62,268 nt of DNA from an uncultured Gammaproteobacteria bacterium (GCA_964437025.1 CAYTEZ010000001.1:1-62268), one strand, 5' to 3'. Counted from the first letter of the stretch, positions 27,790 to 37,837 are shown. Made by a program: numbers and translations. Notes: generated by a model not told the origin, from the letters alone.

Positions 27790-29700
27790 TTAATTATTCT
27801 TAATAGCAGTAACTATCAAAGCACCTTCTAGCAATTGGTCAGATGAAATTTCCAACATTGCTTGATCTCCACTAATACCAGTTTGAACATCAATTTCACT
27901 AACATTTTTCCCGTTTAATACTCTAACATAACGAGTATTATCAGTTCTGGTTAACACAGCTCTAGCTGGAACGGTTAAAACATTAGCTTTAAAGTTAGTA
28001 GTAATATCAATATTAGAAGTCATACCTGATTTAATTACTAAACCTTTACTATTTAATTCATTCTCAGGAAAATTAATTTTAACTTTATAGTAAATAACAT
28101 CAGAAATAGAGGTAGCGGCTGGTTCAATAAAGTAAACCTTACCAGTAACCGGAGCATCATCTCCGAAAGCATCAAAGGTAACCTTAGCCTCATTACCAAT
28201 CTTTATCTTGGAAATATCTGATTCAGAAATAAGGGCTTCAATTTCATAATTATTTTCAGTAAGCAAACTAATAACTGCTTGAGCTCCACTAACTTGTTCC
28301 CCTACTTCATAATTAATCTTAACCACTTTTCCATTAATTGGGGCCTTAATAATATTGTCTTCAATTTGTTTTTCAATTAATTGTAAATTAGCGCTAGCTT
28401 GATCAACTTGAGCTTGAGCTAATTTTAAATCATCATTTTTAGCTGGAGTTTTTAGCTTAGCTAACTGTAACTTTACCACTTCATAATTTTTGCTAGCTGA
28501 ATCTAAACGAGCTTCAGCAGAAGAAATTTGTTGTTGACCGTTAACCTTAGCTAAAGAAAAAGCATTTTGAGCATTAGAAATAGCATCGCTTAAAGAAGCT
28601 TCGGCTTTTCTTAAATTATCTTTAGCACTCAAAACACTAGTTTCATTATTTAAAACTGCACTAGTATAGGCAAAATAAGAACTCTGAGATGAAGCAATAG
28701 AGGTATTAACTTGTGATTTGCTGGTATTAATATTAGTTTTAAAAGCATCAAGAGAGGTTTGAGGGAAAGATGAAGACACAATAGTATTTTCTAAAGCGGT
28801 AAAACAATTAGTTAAAGTCAAAAAGGTCTTATCTAAGAATTTAGATAAATCATCAGCTGTCTTCTTTAAATTTTCTGGACTAGGATTGGTTTTAGCAGTG
28901 CTGATAGAAGAACTAATTTGAGGCATAAACTCCAAAGAACTATCATATAATCTTTCAACTTCTGATTTGTAATAATAATTTTTAACACTAAAAACATTTT
29001 TGATATCCTCGTCGTCTAAAATTCTATTCACTACATCCAAGGCTGATTTAGCTACAGAAAAATTATAATCGAAAGATGATAATAATGAATCACGGCTATT
29101 GCTAACACTCTGCTGACCCGATCTTTCAGTATTAGATAAATTAATTCTAGCTGATTCCACTGATTGTTTAACTAGCATCGGCACTGAAGAATTTGGAGCT
29201 TGCAAATCATTTAGGTTTTTAGCTGCTTGAGAAATATTTTCATTAACAATATTTTTAGTGTTTTCTAAATCATTTTTGGCTGAATTATATGAACTCTCAG
29301 CTTGATTAACTTGAGCCTCTAAAACCGAGATATCTTCATAGGAAGCACCTTTGATCAATTTATCTTGGTTAGTCTTAGCAATGTTTAAAGCAGCCTGCAC
29401 TTCTTCTTTTTTAATGTTTAAAGAAGCATAGTCTAACTCAGCTAAAACTTGTCCTTCACTAACCTCATCTCCAACAGCAACGTGAAGTAAGTTTAGTTTT
29501 CCAGCTTGCAAAAAATTTAAACCAATTTCTTGACTGGCTTTAACTGTCCCGACTTCAGAAACAGTTTGCTTTAAATCTTGTTTTTTTAATTCTACAGTTG
29601 TATATTGAACTTTGCTCTTTTTAAAAAATAAAGGGACAATAGCCAAAACTAAAACTACAGCCACAACTGAAATAATAATAATTTTTTTCTTTTTTTTCAT
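27790..29700 (-). CDS. HlyD/MacA-family periplasmic adaptor with an unusually long helical-hairpin region
   Basis: N-terminal anchor, then lipoyl halves (GKLNLLHVAVGDEVSEGQVLAELD ... APINGKVVKINYEVGEQVS) and beta-barrel/MP domains at the C-terminus. About 330 aa of S/N/A/Q-rich helix lie between the lipoyl halves. Confidence 0.8.
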   Translation of the reverse strand: MKKKKKIIIISVVAVVLVLAIVPLFFKKSKVQYTTVELKKQDLKQTVSEVGTVKASQEIGLNFLQAGKLNLLHVAVGDEVSEGQVLAELDYASLNIKKEEVQAALNIAKTNQDKLIKGASYEDISVLEAQVNQAESSYNSAKNDLENTKNIVNENISQAAKNLNDLQAPNSSVPMLVKQSVESARINLSNTERSGQQSVSNSRDSLLSSFDYNFSVAKSALDVVNRILDDEDIKNVFSVKNYYYKSEVERLYDSSLEFMPQISSSISTAKTNPSPENLKKTADDLSKFLDKTFLTLTNCFTALENTIVSSSFPQTSLDAFKTNINTSKSQVNTSIASSQSSYFAYTSAVLNNETSVLSAKDNLRKAEASLSDAISNAQNAFSLAKVNGQQQISSAEARLDSASKNYEVVKLQLAKLKTPAKNDDLKLAQAQVDQASANLQLIEKQIEDNIIKAPINGKVVKINYEVGEQVSGAQAVISLLTENNYEIEALISESDISKIKIGNEAKVTFDAFGDDAPVTGKVYFIEPAATSISDVIYYKVKINFPENELNSKGLVIKSGMTSNIDITTNFKANVLTVPARAVLTRTDNTRYVRVLNGKNVSEIDVQTGISGDQAMLEISSDQLLEGALIVTAIKNN

Positions 29701-29729
29701 ATATAAATATAATATTCTAGATTTGATAT

Positions 29730-30161
29730 TTAATCTAAGACTAAATCATCAGTGTCTTCACTTTCTTCTTCCAATAGCTTACTCTCCCTACCCATAATTC
29801 GCATAACCTTGTTGGAAAAAGTATAAATATCAAATTCATTTTTCATAAAATAATAATTAGCGCCTAAGCCAATACTACGACTACGACCATCTTCTTCACT
29901 TAAATCGGTAAAAATAAAAATTTCAGCACTGCTGGTTACATCATCCTCTTTTATTCTCTTCATTAGTTCTGCCCCATCAATTTTTGGTAAAACTAAATCT
30001 AAAATAATAATGTCTGGTTTAAATTTTCTAATACGGCCCAAAAGCTCTTCTAATTCTTCATTAGAATCACTAGTTTCAACCTCGTAATCATTAGAAGAAA
30101 AAATATCACTTAAGCCATAAAGGATATTTAAATCATCTTCGACTATAAAAATATTTTTCAT
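29730..30161 (-). CDS. stand-alone response-regulator receiver domain protein
   Basis: The CheY-like fold signature is present: IFIVEDD, the phospho-acceptor context PDIIILDLVLPKIDG, and a later FIFTDL. There is no output domain, only an acidic tail. Confidence 0.85.
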   Translation of the reverse strand: MKNIFIVEDDLNILYGLSDIFSSNDYEVETSDSNEELEELLGRIRKFKPDIIILDLVLPKIDGAELMKRIKEDDVTSSAEIFIFTDLSEEDGRSRSIGLGANYYFMKNEFDIYTFSNKVMRIMGRESKLLEEESEDTDDLVLD

Positions 30162-30168
30162 AAAATTG

Positions 30169-31149
30169 TTATTTAATTATTTTATTTAAAGGTAGTAGCC
30201 CATTTTGAGCTCCAATTTTAGTTACCAAAGATGAAGCGTTTTTAGCCCCATAACTCAAAGCTTTCTTGTAGTCACCCTTTAACTTATACAGAAATGCTAC
30301 TGCGGTAGAATTAAAAGCATCGCCTACTCCGGTGACATCAACACACTTCTTGCTCTTTAAAGCAGTCTGTTTATACAAATTATCACCATCATAAAAATAA
30401 GAACCAGAAATACCATCGGTTAAAATAATTTTAGCTGGACCAAATTTCTTTATCAGTTTAACTAAGTTATTACAATCATTTAAAAACTCATTGGACAAAC
30501 CTTTAAAATCATCTGATTTTTTAGCTAGCTCTAAAGCTTCGTCTTTATTCAATAATAAAATATCGGTCTTTTTTAAAAATGGAACAATTTTTGAAATATT
30601 ACCTGATAATTGTTTTAAACCTGGGTTCCAAGCTATTTTATTCTTAACAGAAAAAATATGTTTTAAGCTAGCTAAACTATCACCCGGTAAAGAAGAAAGA
30701 TAAACCCAAGCTGAATCTTTAATTACTGCTAAATGTTTTTTTTCTACCTTAAAAGAATCATTAGCCCCTCGATAAGTAAAGATAATTCTATCTTGCTTAT
30801 TATTTAAAACGAAGGAAAAACCACTTTGTTGTTTTTTATCAATATCAATGTTTTGACAATTAACTTTATACCTCTTTAAATTTTCTAAAATTCTCAAAGA
30901 TCTTTCATCGGCGCCTAACTTTCCTAAGCAAGCCACCTTAAAACCTAGGTTCGAAAAGTTAACAGCGGCATTAGAGGCTCCCCCACCAAAACCAATTTCG
31001 CTTTCTGAAACATTAATCTTAGCCCCTTGTTCAAAGGCTAATAATTTTTGTTTTAGTAAATCACCTGGGTTATTAATAAGTACCCCGTCGTTACTAAAAA
31101 AAACAACATCCTCGGTTAAGCCACCAATTGTAATAAAGTCAAATTTCAT
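30169..31149 (-). CDS. PfkB-family carbohydrate kinase
   Basis: GGGASNAAVNF and DVTGVGDAFNS, the ribokinase/PfkB signatures. Confidence 0.85.
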   Translation of the reverse strand: MKFDFITIGGLTEDVVFFSNDGVLINNPGDLLKQKLLAFEQGAKINVSESEIGFGGGASNAAVNFSNLGFKVACLGKLGADERSLRILENLKRYKVNCQNIDIDKKQQSGFSFVLNNKQDRIIFTYRGANDSFKVEKKHLAVIKDSAWVYLSSLPGDSLASLKHIFSVKNKIAWNPGLKQLSGNISKIVPFLKKTDILLLNKDEALELAKKSDDFKGLSNEFLNDCNNLVKLIKKFGPAKIILTDGISGSYFYDGDNLYKQTALKSKKCVDVTGVGDAFNSTAVAFLYKLKGDYKKALSYGAKNASSLVTKIGAQNGLLPLNKIIK

Positions 31150-31185
31150 ATTGAATTGATTAATTATCTACCTAATATAATAGCA

Positions 31186-31722
31186 CTAAAATGGTTTTTT
31201 TTCAAAACTTAATCCACCGGTACGTCCCTTTTGTCGGTTTAATAGATAAAAGAAGATTATTATTAATAAAAATACCCAAATTATCTCATATAGCAAATTC
31301 AACCAAAAATGACCATTAAACCAGGCAACATTAACATCACTCTTTTCTAGAATAAATAAGCTTAAATAAAGGATAAAATTATAGAAAATTGATAAAAAAC
31401 CGCCTAAAATCAAAAAGGAGTAAATGGAACGATTGGTAAAAAAATTAGTCCAAACAAAATCAGCTAAAAATAGGGTTAAAATGAAAACTAGAGTATAAAC
31501 CCCAAAAAAATAAAAAGAGAATAAATCTAAAAATATTCCCAAGAAGATAGCTAAATATAAAGAATTTTTGAAATTATAAAAAATAAACAAACAAATAACG
31601 GCTAATAGCGGTAAGTTTATCTTTCCCCAAAAACCAGGTAAAGAATTAAAAAAAGAATACTGTAATAAAAATATCAAAAAGGCCAAGAAAAATAAAAAAA
31701 CAGATTTTAAATACTTTGGCAT
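31186..31722 (-). CDS. mreD: rod shape-determining protein MreD (by position and topology)
   Basis: 178-aa polytopic membrane protein directly after mreC. There is little sequence signal beyond that. Confidence 0.55.
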   Translation of the reverse strand: MPKYLKSVFLFFLAFLIFLLQYSFFNSLPGFWGKINLPLLAVICLFIFYNFKNSLYLAIFLGIFLDLFSFYFFGVYTLVFILTLFLADFVWTNFFTNRSIYSFLILGGFLSIFYNFILYLSLFILEKSDVNVAWFNGHFWLNLLYEIIWVFLLIIIFFYLLNRQKGRTGGLSFEKKPF

Positions 31723-31733
31723 AAAGATATAAA

Positions 31734-32540
31734 TTACTGTGGCACAATAACAGAAACAATATTTAAATCATTAATATTAAATAAAGCTTCAGCATTAATT
31801 TTTTGCCAAATATCATTAACTTCTTGTTCAACATTGTTTACTCGACCAACTGCCAAACCTCGAGGAATATTTTTTTCTAAACCAGAGGTTATAATTTGAT
31901 CGCCGACATTAACTTTTTCTGATTGCGAAACAAAACTTATCTTAACTGACAAGCCTAAATCTCCCTCAGCCAAGCCAACAGTTCTTTCTTCGTTACTTAA
32001 AGATACTGCCATCTGACAAAAACTATTATTTATCAAACAAACTCGTGAACTATTACTTTCTACTGCAATAATTTTCCCAACAATCACTCCGGCTTCATTA
32101 ACTACAGCCAAACCCTCATACAAACCATCACGGCTACCACGATCGATAACTATATTTTGATTATAATGAGAAAAATTTAAAAGATTTTCCTGCCAAACAA
32201 CATTAGCTAAAACATATTTAGCCGACTTATTATTTAAAAAGTTTAAATACTGACGCAATTTAGAATTTTCTTCTTCGGTTGAATTAAATTTAGCTAATTC
32301 TACTTCGCTTTTTAACAATTTCTCCTGTAAGGTTGAAACTTCCTCCATCAACTCTTCCCTACTCTTTTCCGAATTTTCTAAATTCTGTGAAGATTTTCTA
32401 AACCAAGAAGAGCCAGGATTAACCACCGCTGAAAATATGCGATGACCCCAGGAAGAAAAAACAATAATGTTTAAAAAAATAAGCAGAATTAAAACTGCTA
32501 AAAAAATTTTAAAATTTTTCCGATCAAATAAAATTCTCAT
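31734..32540 (-). CDS. mreC: rod shape-determining protein MreC
   Basis: N-terminal TM, a coiled coil (EELMEEVSTLQEKLLKSEVELAKF), then beta domains with GLAVVNEAGVIGKI and ITSGLEKNIPRGLAVG. Confidence 0.8.
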   Translation of the reverse strand: MRILFDRKNFKIFLAVLILLIFLNIIVFSSWGHRIFSAVVNPGSSWFRKSSQNLENSEKSREELMEEVSTLQEKLLKSEVELAKFNSTEEENSKLRQYLNFLNNKSAKYVLANVVWQENLLNFSHYNQNIVIDRGSRDGLYEGLAVVNEAGVIVGKIIAVESNSSRVCLINNSFCQMAVSLSNEERTVGLAEGDLGLSVKISFVSQSEKVNVGDQIITSGLEKNIPRGLAVGRVNNVEQEVNDIWQKINAEALFNINDLNIVSVIVPQ

Positions 32541-32562
32541 AAAAGCTAAACTGCTAAAAGAA

Positions 32563-33606
32563 TTATAAATCTAAAACCGAAGTAATCTTTTTTAACAATT
32601 CTTCATCAGCAAATAATGAACCAGCTCCACGAACCATAGCTGATAATGGATCTTCCACTACCATCACTGGAATTTTAGTAGCTCGAGAAACTAACTTATC
32701 CAAACCATAAAGCAAAGCACCACCACCGCTTAAATACAAACCGTGTTCATAAATATCAGCTACTAATTCCGGCGGAGTCTCTTCCAAAGTTAATTTAATA
32801 TTTTCCACTATCTTAATAATTGTTTTTTTAATAGCATCCCTCACCTGAGCATCAGAAATTTTAATAGCTGTTGGTAAACCATTGATTAAATCTCGGCCCC
32901 TGATTTCCATTACTCTATCTTCTTCAAAAGGCATAACTGAAGCTAAGTTAATTTTGATTTTCTCTGCTAATTGCTCACCAATTAAAACATTAAAATTATC
33001 TCTAATATAATCAATAATATTAGCATCTAACTCATTACCAGCTAAACGAAGCGATTTCCAAGCAACCACACCAGAAAGTGAAATAACGGCAATATCAGTG
33101 GTTCCACCACCAATATCAACAATCATATTAGCTCGAGGACTATCAACCGGAAGACCAGCCCCTAAGGCAGCCGCCATAACTTCTTCAATTAAATACACTT
33201 TTCTAGCACCAGCTGATTTAGCAGCATCTTCTACCGCCTTCTTTTCTACCTCAGTAATATCTAGTGGAATACCAATAATTACACGAGGACGAGGTAAAAA
33301 AGAAAATCCCTCTCCGTGAACTTTATTGATAAAATGCTTTAACATCTTTTCAGTAATTTCAAAATCAGAAATAACTCCATCAACCAAAGGTTTTACCGCT
33401 TGAATATGAGCTGGAGTTTTTCCTACCATTTTTTTAGCTTCGTGCCCGATTTCCAAAATCTCAGTAGTCTTAGTATTTACCGCTACCACACTTGGTTCAT
33501 TAATAATAATACCTTTGTTATTAACATAAACTAAGGTATTTTTTGTTCCTAAATCAATCGCGATATCATGACCTAGACTTCCAATTTTTTTTAGAAAATC
33601 AAACAT
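32563..33606 (-). CDS. mreB: rod shape-determining protein MreB
   Basis: IAIDLGTKNTLVY, NEPSVVAV, MIVDIGGGTTDIAVISLSG and GLYLSGGGALL. It heads the mreBCD operon. Confidence 0.93.
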   Translation of the reverse strand: MFDFLKKIGSLGHDIAIDLGTKNTLVYVNNKGIIINEPSVVAVNTKTTEILEIGHEAKKMVGKTPAHIQAVKPLVDGVISDFEITEKMLKHFINKVHGEGFSFLPRPRVIIGIPLDITEVEKKAVEDAAKSAGARKVYLIEEVMAAALGAGLPVDSPRANMIVDIGGGTTDIAVISLSGVVAWKSLRLAGNELDANIIDYIRDNFNVLIGEQLAEKIKINLASVMPFEEDRVMEIRGRDLINGLPTAIKISDAQVRDAIKKTIIKIVENIKLTLEETPPELVADIYEHGLYLSGGGALLYGLDKLVSRATKIPVMVVEDPLSAMVRGAGSLFADEELLKKITSVLDL

Positions 33607-33616
33607 AAGATTTTAC

Positions 33617-34855
33617 TTAAATTATTTTTTTCAAAAATTCTGAAATTTTTTCAATTTCTACCAATTCACTAGTCTCGCTCACACGAGATTTAAACTCCAC
33701 TTTATTCTCACTTAAAGTTTTTTGACTAACAACCAAGCGATATGGACAACCAATTAAATCAGCGTCAGCAAATTTTTCTCCCGGACTAACACTATCTCTA
33801 TCGTCATATAGAACTTCAATATTTTCACTTTGTAAATTTTGATAAATTTTTTCAGCCTCTTCATTTTGTTTAAGGGAAATAAGATGAACAGAAAAAGGAG
33901 CAACGTTTTTAGGCCAAACTATACCTTTATCATCATGACAAACCTCAACAATTGTTCCTAAGATACGACTAGGACCCATACCATAGCAACCCATTAACAC
34001 CTCTTGGCTTTTTTCAGCTTGATCTTTAAAGGTAAAATCAAAAGCATGAGAATATTTAGTCTTTAATTCAAAAATGTTACCAACCTCAATTGCTTTCTTT
34101 GTTTCTAAAACAGTAGCGCCACACTGAGGGCAAGAACTTTGTTCAGCAATAATTTCGTCATTAATAGCTATGTGACATTTTGGGCAAACATAGACGGTAT
34201 CTTCTCCGCTTTCACAAACAGTTTGAAACTCATGTGAGTATTTAGCAAAAGTTCCGCCAGCGGCATAAGTAAAATAGGTTAAGTCACCCAAACCTAAGCG
34301 ATCATAAATTCTAACATAAGCCTCTTTAACTTTATCATAATATTCTTTTAAATCTTCCTCACTGGCATGAAAAGAGTACAAATCTTTCATCACAAACTCT
34401 CTGCCCCGAAGTAATCCAGCCTTAGCTCTTTTTTCATTACGAAATTTAGTTTGTATTTGATAAACAGCAAATGGTAAATCTTTATATGACAGTGTAAACT
34501 TTTGTCCTAGTGGAGTAACAATCTCTTCGTGAGTTGCTCCTAAGGCGTATTCTTTATCATCTGAACCAGATAATTTAAACAAAACATCCAAATCATCCCA
34601 ACGACCAGTCTTTTGCCAATTCTCTTTAGGATTTAAAGCTGGCATTAAAACTTCCTGACCTCCCACAGCATTAATTTCTTCTCGAATAATACTGTTTATT
34701 TTATGTAATACTTTTAAGCCTAAAGGTAAAAAAGTATAAACCCCAGCGCTTACTTTATCAACAAAACCAGCCCTAATTAGGGCTTGAGCGTTATATGAGG
34801 TCTCATCCTTAGGCAGTTCTTTAATTGTTTTTGTAAATAAAAATGATTGTTTCAT
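33617..34855 (-). CDS. proS: proline--tRNA ligase, short bacterial-type form without the INS editing domain
   Basis: Motif 2 FRNEKRAKAGLLRGREFVMKD, motif 3 GCYGMGPSRILG and a C-terminal anticodon-binding domain. The ORF track start at 34903 adds 16 aa; the ATG at 34855 (MKQSFLFTKT) fits ProRS N-termini better. Confidence 0.88.
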   Translation of the reverse strand: MKQSFLFTKTIKELPKDETSYNAQALIRAGFVDKVSAGVYTFLPLGLKVLHKINSIIREEINAVGGQEVLMPALNPKENWQKTGRWDDLDVLFKLSGSDDKEYALGATHEEIVTPLGQKFTLSYKDLPFAVYQIQTKFRNEKRAKAGLLRGREFVMKDLYSFHASEEDLKEYYDKVKEAYVRIYDRLGLGDLTYFTYAAGGTFAKYSHEFQTVCESGEDTVYVCPKCHIAINDEIIAEQSSCPQCGATVLETKKAIEVGNIFELKTKYSHAFDFTFKDQAEKSQEVLMGCYGMGPSRILGTIVEVCHDDKGIVWPKNVAPFSVHLISLKQNEEAEKIYQNLQSENIEVLYDDRDSVSPGEKFADADLIGCPYRLVVSQKTLSENKVEFKSRVSETSELVEIEKISEFLKKII

Positions 34856-34936
34856 AGCAATTTCACTATAACTAAAAAAAATGCTTTTGTAAATACTAAG
34901 CATTTTTTAAAAAATAGCCTATTTTTAAAAATATTT

Positions 34937-35515
34937 CTAATTTTTTGACAGCTTTTTTAAGGCCTGACGAATTCTTTCGGCACTATCTTGAATTTCCTGA
35001 CCAACTTGGTTCAAAGCATCTCTAGCTTCAATTACACTATAGCCTAAAGCCATCAGAGCATCAATCTCATCAGCTGAGAAATTAGCTGTAATTGATAAAT
35101 CATAAGCACCACCAATTTTTAATAACTTATCCTTTAATTCCAGCACTACTCTTTCGGCAATCTTTTTTCCAATACCAGAAACTTTAGTTAAAAGGCCAGA
35201 GTCACCACGAACAATTGATTCTTTGATATCGGATAATTGGGCTACAGCTAAAACTGATAAAGCTGATTTAGGGCCAACACCAGAAATAGAGATAAGTAAT
35301 TCAAAAAATTCTAATTCTTCTAAAGTTTTAAAACCATATAGATCTAGAGCATCTTCTTTCACATTTTGAAAAGTAAATATTTGAGTTTCCGTATCAACTT
35401 TTAAATCATTAAAAAAGTTTTCACTAACAAAAACCGAGTAACCGATATTATTTACTTCAATAATTACCTTACCTTTTAGTTTATAGGAAATCTTTCCTTT
35501 TAAATATGAAATCAT
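34937..35515 (-). CDS. ruvA: Holliday junction DNA helicase subunit RuvA
   Basis: MISYLKGKI, HhH motifs (ISISGVGPKSALSVLA, KVSGIGKKIAERVVLEL) and a C-terminal domain III. Confidence 0.9.
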   Translation of the reverse strand: MISYLKGKISYKLKGKVIIEVNNIGYSVFVSENFFNDLKVDTETQIFTFQNVKEDALDLYGFKTLEELEFFELLISISGVGPKSALSVLAVAQLSDIKESIVRGDSGLLTKVSGIGKKIAERVVLELKDKLLKIGGAYDLSITANFSADEIDALMALGYSVIEARDALNQVGQEIQDSAERIRQALKKLSKN

Positions 35516-35519
35516 ATAT

Positions 35520-36755
35520 TTAAATTTTTCTTCTAAGAACTGATAATTTAGGTATCTTTAATTTATCTACAATTTCTAAAATTACTTCTTGCCCGCCACC
35601 ACCACCATGAACATCCAAAACTTCTTCCCTCTTTTTACTGTCCAGCATCTTTGTCAACTTCAATTTAATTATATCATATTTTGGTAAAACTATCTCTATC
35701 TCATCCCCCGCTTTCATAGTGTTGTGAACTTTAACCTTAATTTCATTCAAATATTTAGTGCCTTTCTTTGTTGCGTTATTTTGCAAAACTTGTCCGCAAA
35801 ACTCCCAGGCTGGAAGAAAATGAGAATTCTCTATATTCTGTTCTCCCTTCTTCCCTAACAAAAAGCCAGTGGTATAACCACGATGAGTAATCTTTTCTAG
35901 CAGTTCTTTGTATAGAAAGTTTATTTTCTTGGGTTCAGCTAAAGCTTTTTTATACATACCAACAATATTGGCTAAGTAATAAACACTTTTAGCTCGACCT
36001 TCAATTTTGAAGCTAGTTACCCCGGCCTTAATTAATTCCGGTATGCTTTTTATCAAGCATAAATCTTTTGAATTTAGAAGATATGAACCATGTTGTTCTG
36101 AAACCAACTCTAATTCTTCACTATGCCCTTTAGCTTTGATAAAAACATCATATTCAAAACGACAAGGTTGGACACAATCACCTAAATTAGCACTGCGATC
36201 AACAAAGTCTTTAGATAAAAAACAACGACCAGAATATGACATACACATGGCTCCGTGAACAAAATATTCTAAATCAACTTTCGGGCAAGCTTTATGAATC
36301 TTTTTAATTTCTTCTAGCGTTGTTTCCCTGCCTAAAATTATTCTCTTGATTCCCTGTTTATACCAAAACTTAGCTGCTTCATAATTAGTACAATTAGCTT
36401 GAGTTGATAAATGAATTTCCATTTTAGGACAATACTTTTTTACCAAACTTAAAATACCCGGATCAGAAATGATAAAGGCATCTGGTTTAATCTTATTTAA
36501 TTCTTTGAGATATAGCGGTAATTTATCTAAATGATGATTGTGCGCAAAAATGTTTATTGTTACATAAGCTTTCTTTTTTTGTGCATGTACATAAGCCACC
36601 GCTTCTTTTAGAGATTTTAAATTAAAATCATTAATTCTAACACGAAGAGAAAAATCAGGAATGCCTAAATAAACCGCATCAGCTCCGTGAGCTAAAGCTG
36701 TTTCCATTTTAATAAAGTTACCGGCTGGAGCTAATAATTCGATTTTTTTAGGCAT
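35520..36755 (-). CDS. peptidase U32 family protein (RlhA/TrhP/UbiU-type family)
   Basis: KIELLAPAGN, DAVYLG, a U32 core with ST-x-N, and a Cys cluster (CMSYSGRC ... GDCVQPC). The ORF track start at 36839 overlaps pyk. The ATG at 36755 (MPKKIELL) removes the overlap. Confidence 0.85.
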   Translation of the reverse strand: MPKKIELLAPAGNFIKMETALAHGADAVYLGIPDFSLRVRINDFNLKSLKEAVAYVHAQKKKAYVTINIFAHNHHLDKLPLYLKELNKIKPDAFIISDPGILSLVKKYCPKMEIHLSTQANCTNYEAAKFWYKQGIKRIILGRETTLEEIKKIHKACPKVDLEYFVHGAMCMSYSGRCFLSKDFVDRSANLGDCVQPCRFEYDVFIKAKGHSEELELVSEQHGSYLLNSKDLCLIKSIPELIKAGVTSFKIEGRAKSVYYLANIVGMYKKALAEPKKINFLYKELLEKITHRGYTTGFLLGKKGEQNIENSHFLPAWEFCGQVLQNNATKKGTKYLNEIKVKVHNTMKAGDEIEIVLPKYDIIKLKLTKMLDSKKREEVLDVHGGGGGQEVILEIVDKLKIPKLSVLRRKI

Positions 36756-36765
36756 TTTATAAAAA

Positions 36766-37815
36766 TTATTTTTTGTAAATAACCTCTCCTTCTTCAAAGT
36801 AATTACGATGACCAAAATATTGATTAGTTCTGCTAACAATTTTATTCATCATCGCTACAGTTTCAATCGGATAAGAACCAGCCGCAGTTTCGTCTGACAA
36901 CATTAAAGCATCAGCACTATCAAAGATAGCATTAGCTACATCAGAAACTTCAGCTCTAGTTGGGCGATAATGATCAATCATAGAAGTCATCATTTGAGTG
37001 GCCACAATAGCTGGCTTATTATGCCAATGAGCATGACGGATTAAGTTTTTTTGAACAATTGGTAAATCTTCTAGAGGAATTTCAATACCTAAATCACCTC
37101 GAGCAATCATGATACAGTCCGAAGCTTGAATAATACTATCAATATTTTCTAAAGCGATACCTCTTTCAATTTTAGCTACTACTTTAATATTTTCGTCTTT
37201 AATTTTTCTTTTTACCTTTAAAATATCTTCGGCATTTTGCACAAAAGAAGCAGCCACAAAATCTGGCTTTACCTTTTTAACAAATTCAATATCCAATAAG
37301 TCTTTAGGAGTTAAAATATCACGGTTTAAAACAGTCTTTGGCACATTGATTCCTTTGCGAGAGAAAAGTAATCCTCCTCTTTCAACTCTAGCTAAAAATT
37401 TATGATTTAATAAATCAATTTCTGTAATTCTTAGTTCTAATTTTCCACTATCAATATAAAAGGGATCATTAATCTTTAAATCTTTGATTAAATCCAAATC
37501 ATCAATTGGCACTTCCATATTATCAATATTACCTTTGTTGTGCATAAAGGTATAAACTTCTCCTTCGGTCATTAAAACTTCATGTTCTAATTTACCAACT
37601 CTAATTCTTGGTCCTTGAAGATCAAATAATATCTTTACCTCAGTCCCTAATTCTTTATTAATCTTGTCTAAATTTTCTTTAATACGATCATATTGCTCAT
37701 AACTAGCATGAGAAAAATTTACACGAATAATATCGACACCATTTTTTATCATAGCTTTTAATGTCTCAAAATCTTCAGATTTTGGTCCAATCGTTACAAT
37801 AATTTTTGAATCCAT
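36766..37815 (-). CDS. pyk: pyruvate kinase lacking the C-terminal regulatory domain
   Basis: KIIVTIGPKS, NFSHA, DLQGPRIR, MIARGDLGIEIP and TQMMTSM. The protein ends shortly after the A-domain at 349 aa. Confidence 0.88.
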   Translation of the reverse strand: MDSKIIVTIGPKSEDFETLKAMIKNGVDIIRVNFSHASYEQYDRIKENLDKINKELGTEVKILFDLQGPRIRVGKLEHEVLMTEGEVYTFMHNKGNIDNMEVPIDDLDLIKDLKINDPFYIDSGKLELRITEIDLLNHKFLARVERGGLLFSRKGINVPKTVLNRDILTPKDLLDIEFVKKVKPDFVAASFVQNAEDILKVKRKIKDENIKVVAKIERGIALENIDSIIQASDCIMIARGDLGIEIPLEDLPIVQKNLIRHAHWHNKPAIVATQMMTSMIDHYRPTRAEVSDVANAIFDSADALMLSDETAAGSYPIETVAMMNKIVSRTNQYFGHRNYFEEGEVIYKK

Positions 37816-37837
37816 TTTTTTATACTTAATTATTAAA

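Noticed and set aside
36756-36839. N-terminal extension of the U32 peptidase that overlaps pyk. Similar track extensions occur at proS (34856-34903) and mtaB (53354-53380).
   Set aside because: Internal ATGs give N-termini that match the families (MPKKIELLAPAGN, MKQSFLF, MNTEQKIKF) and remove the gene overlaps.
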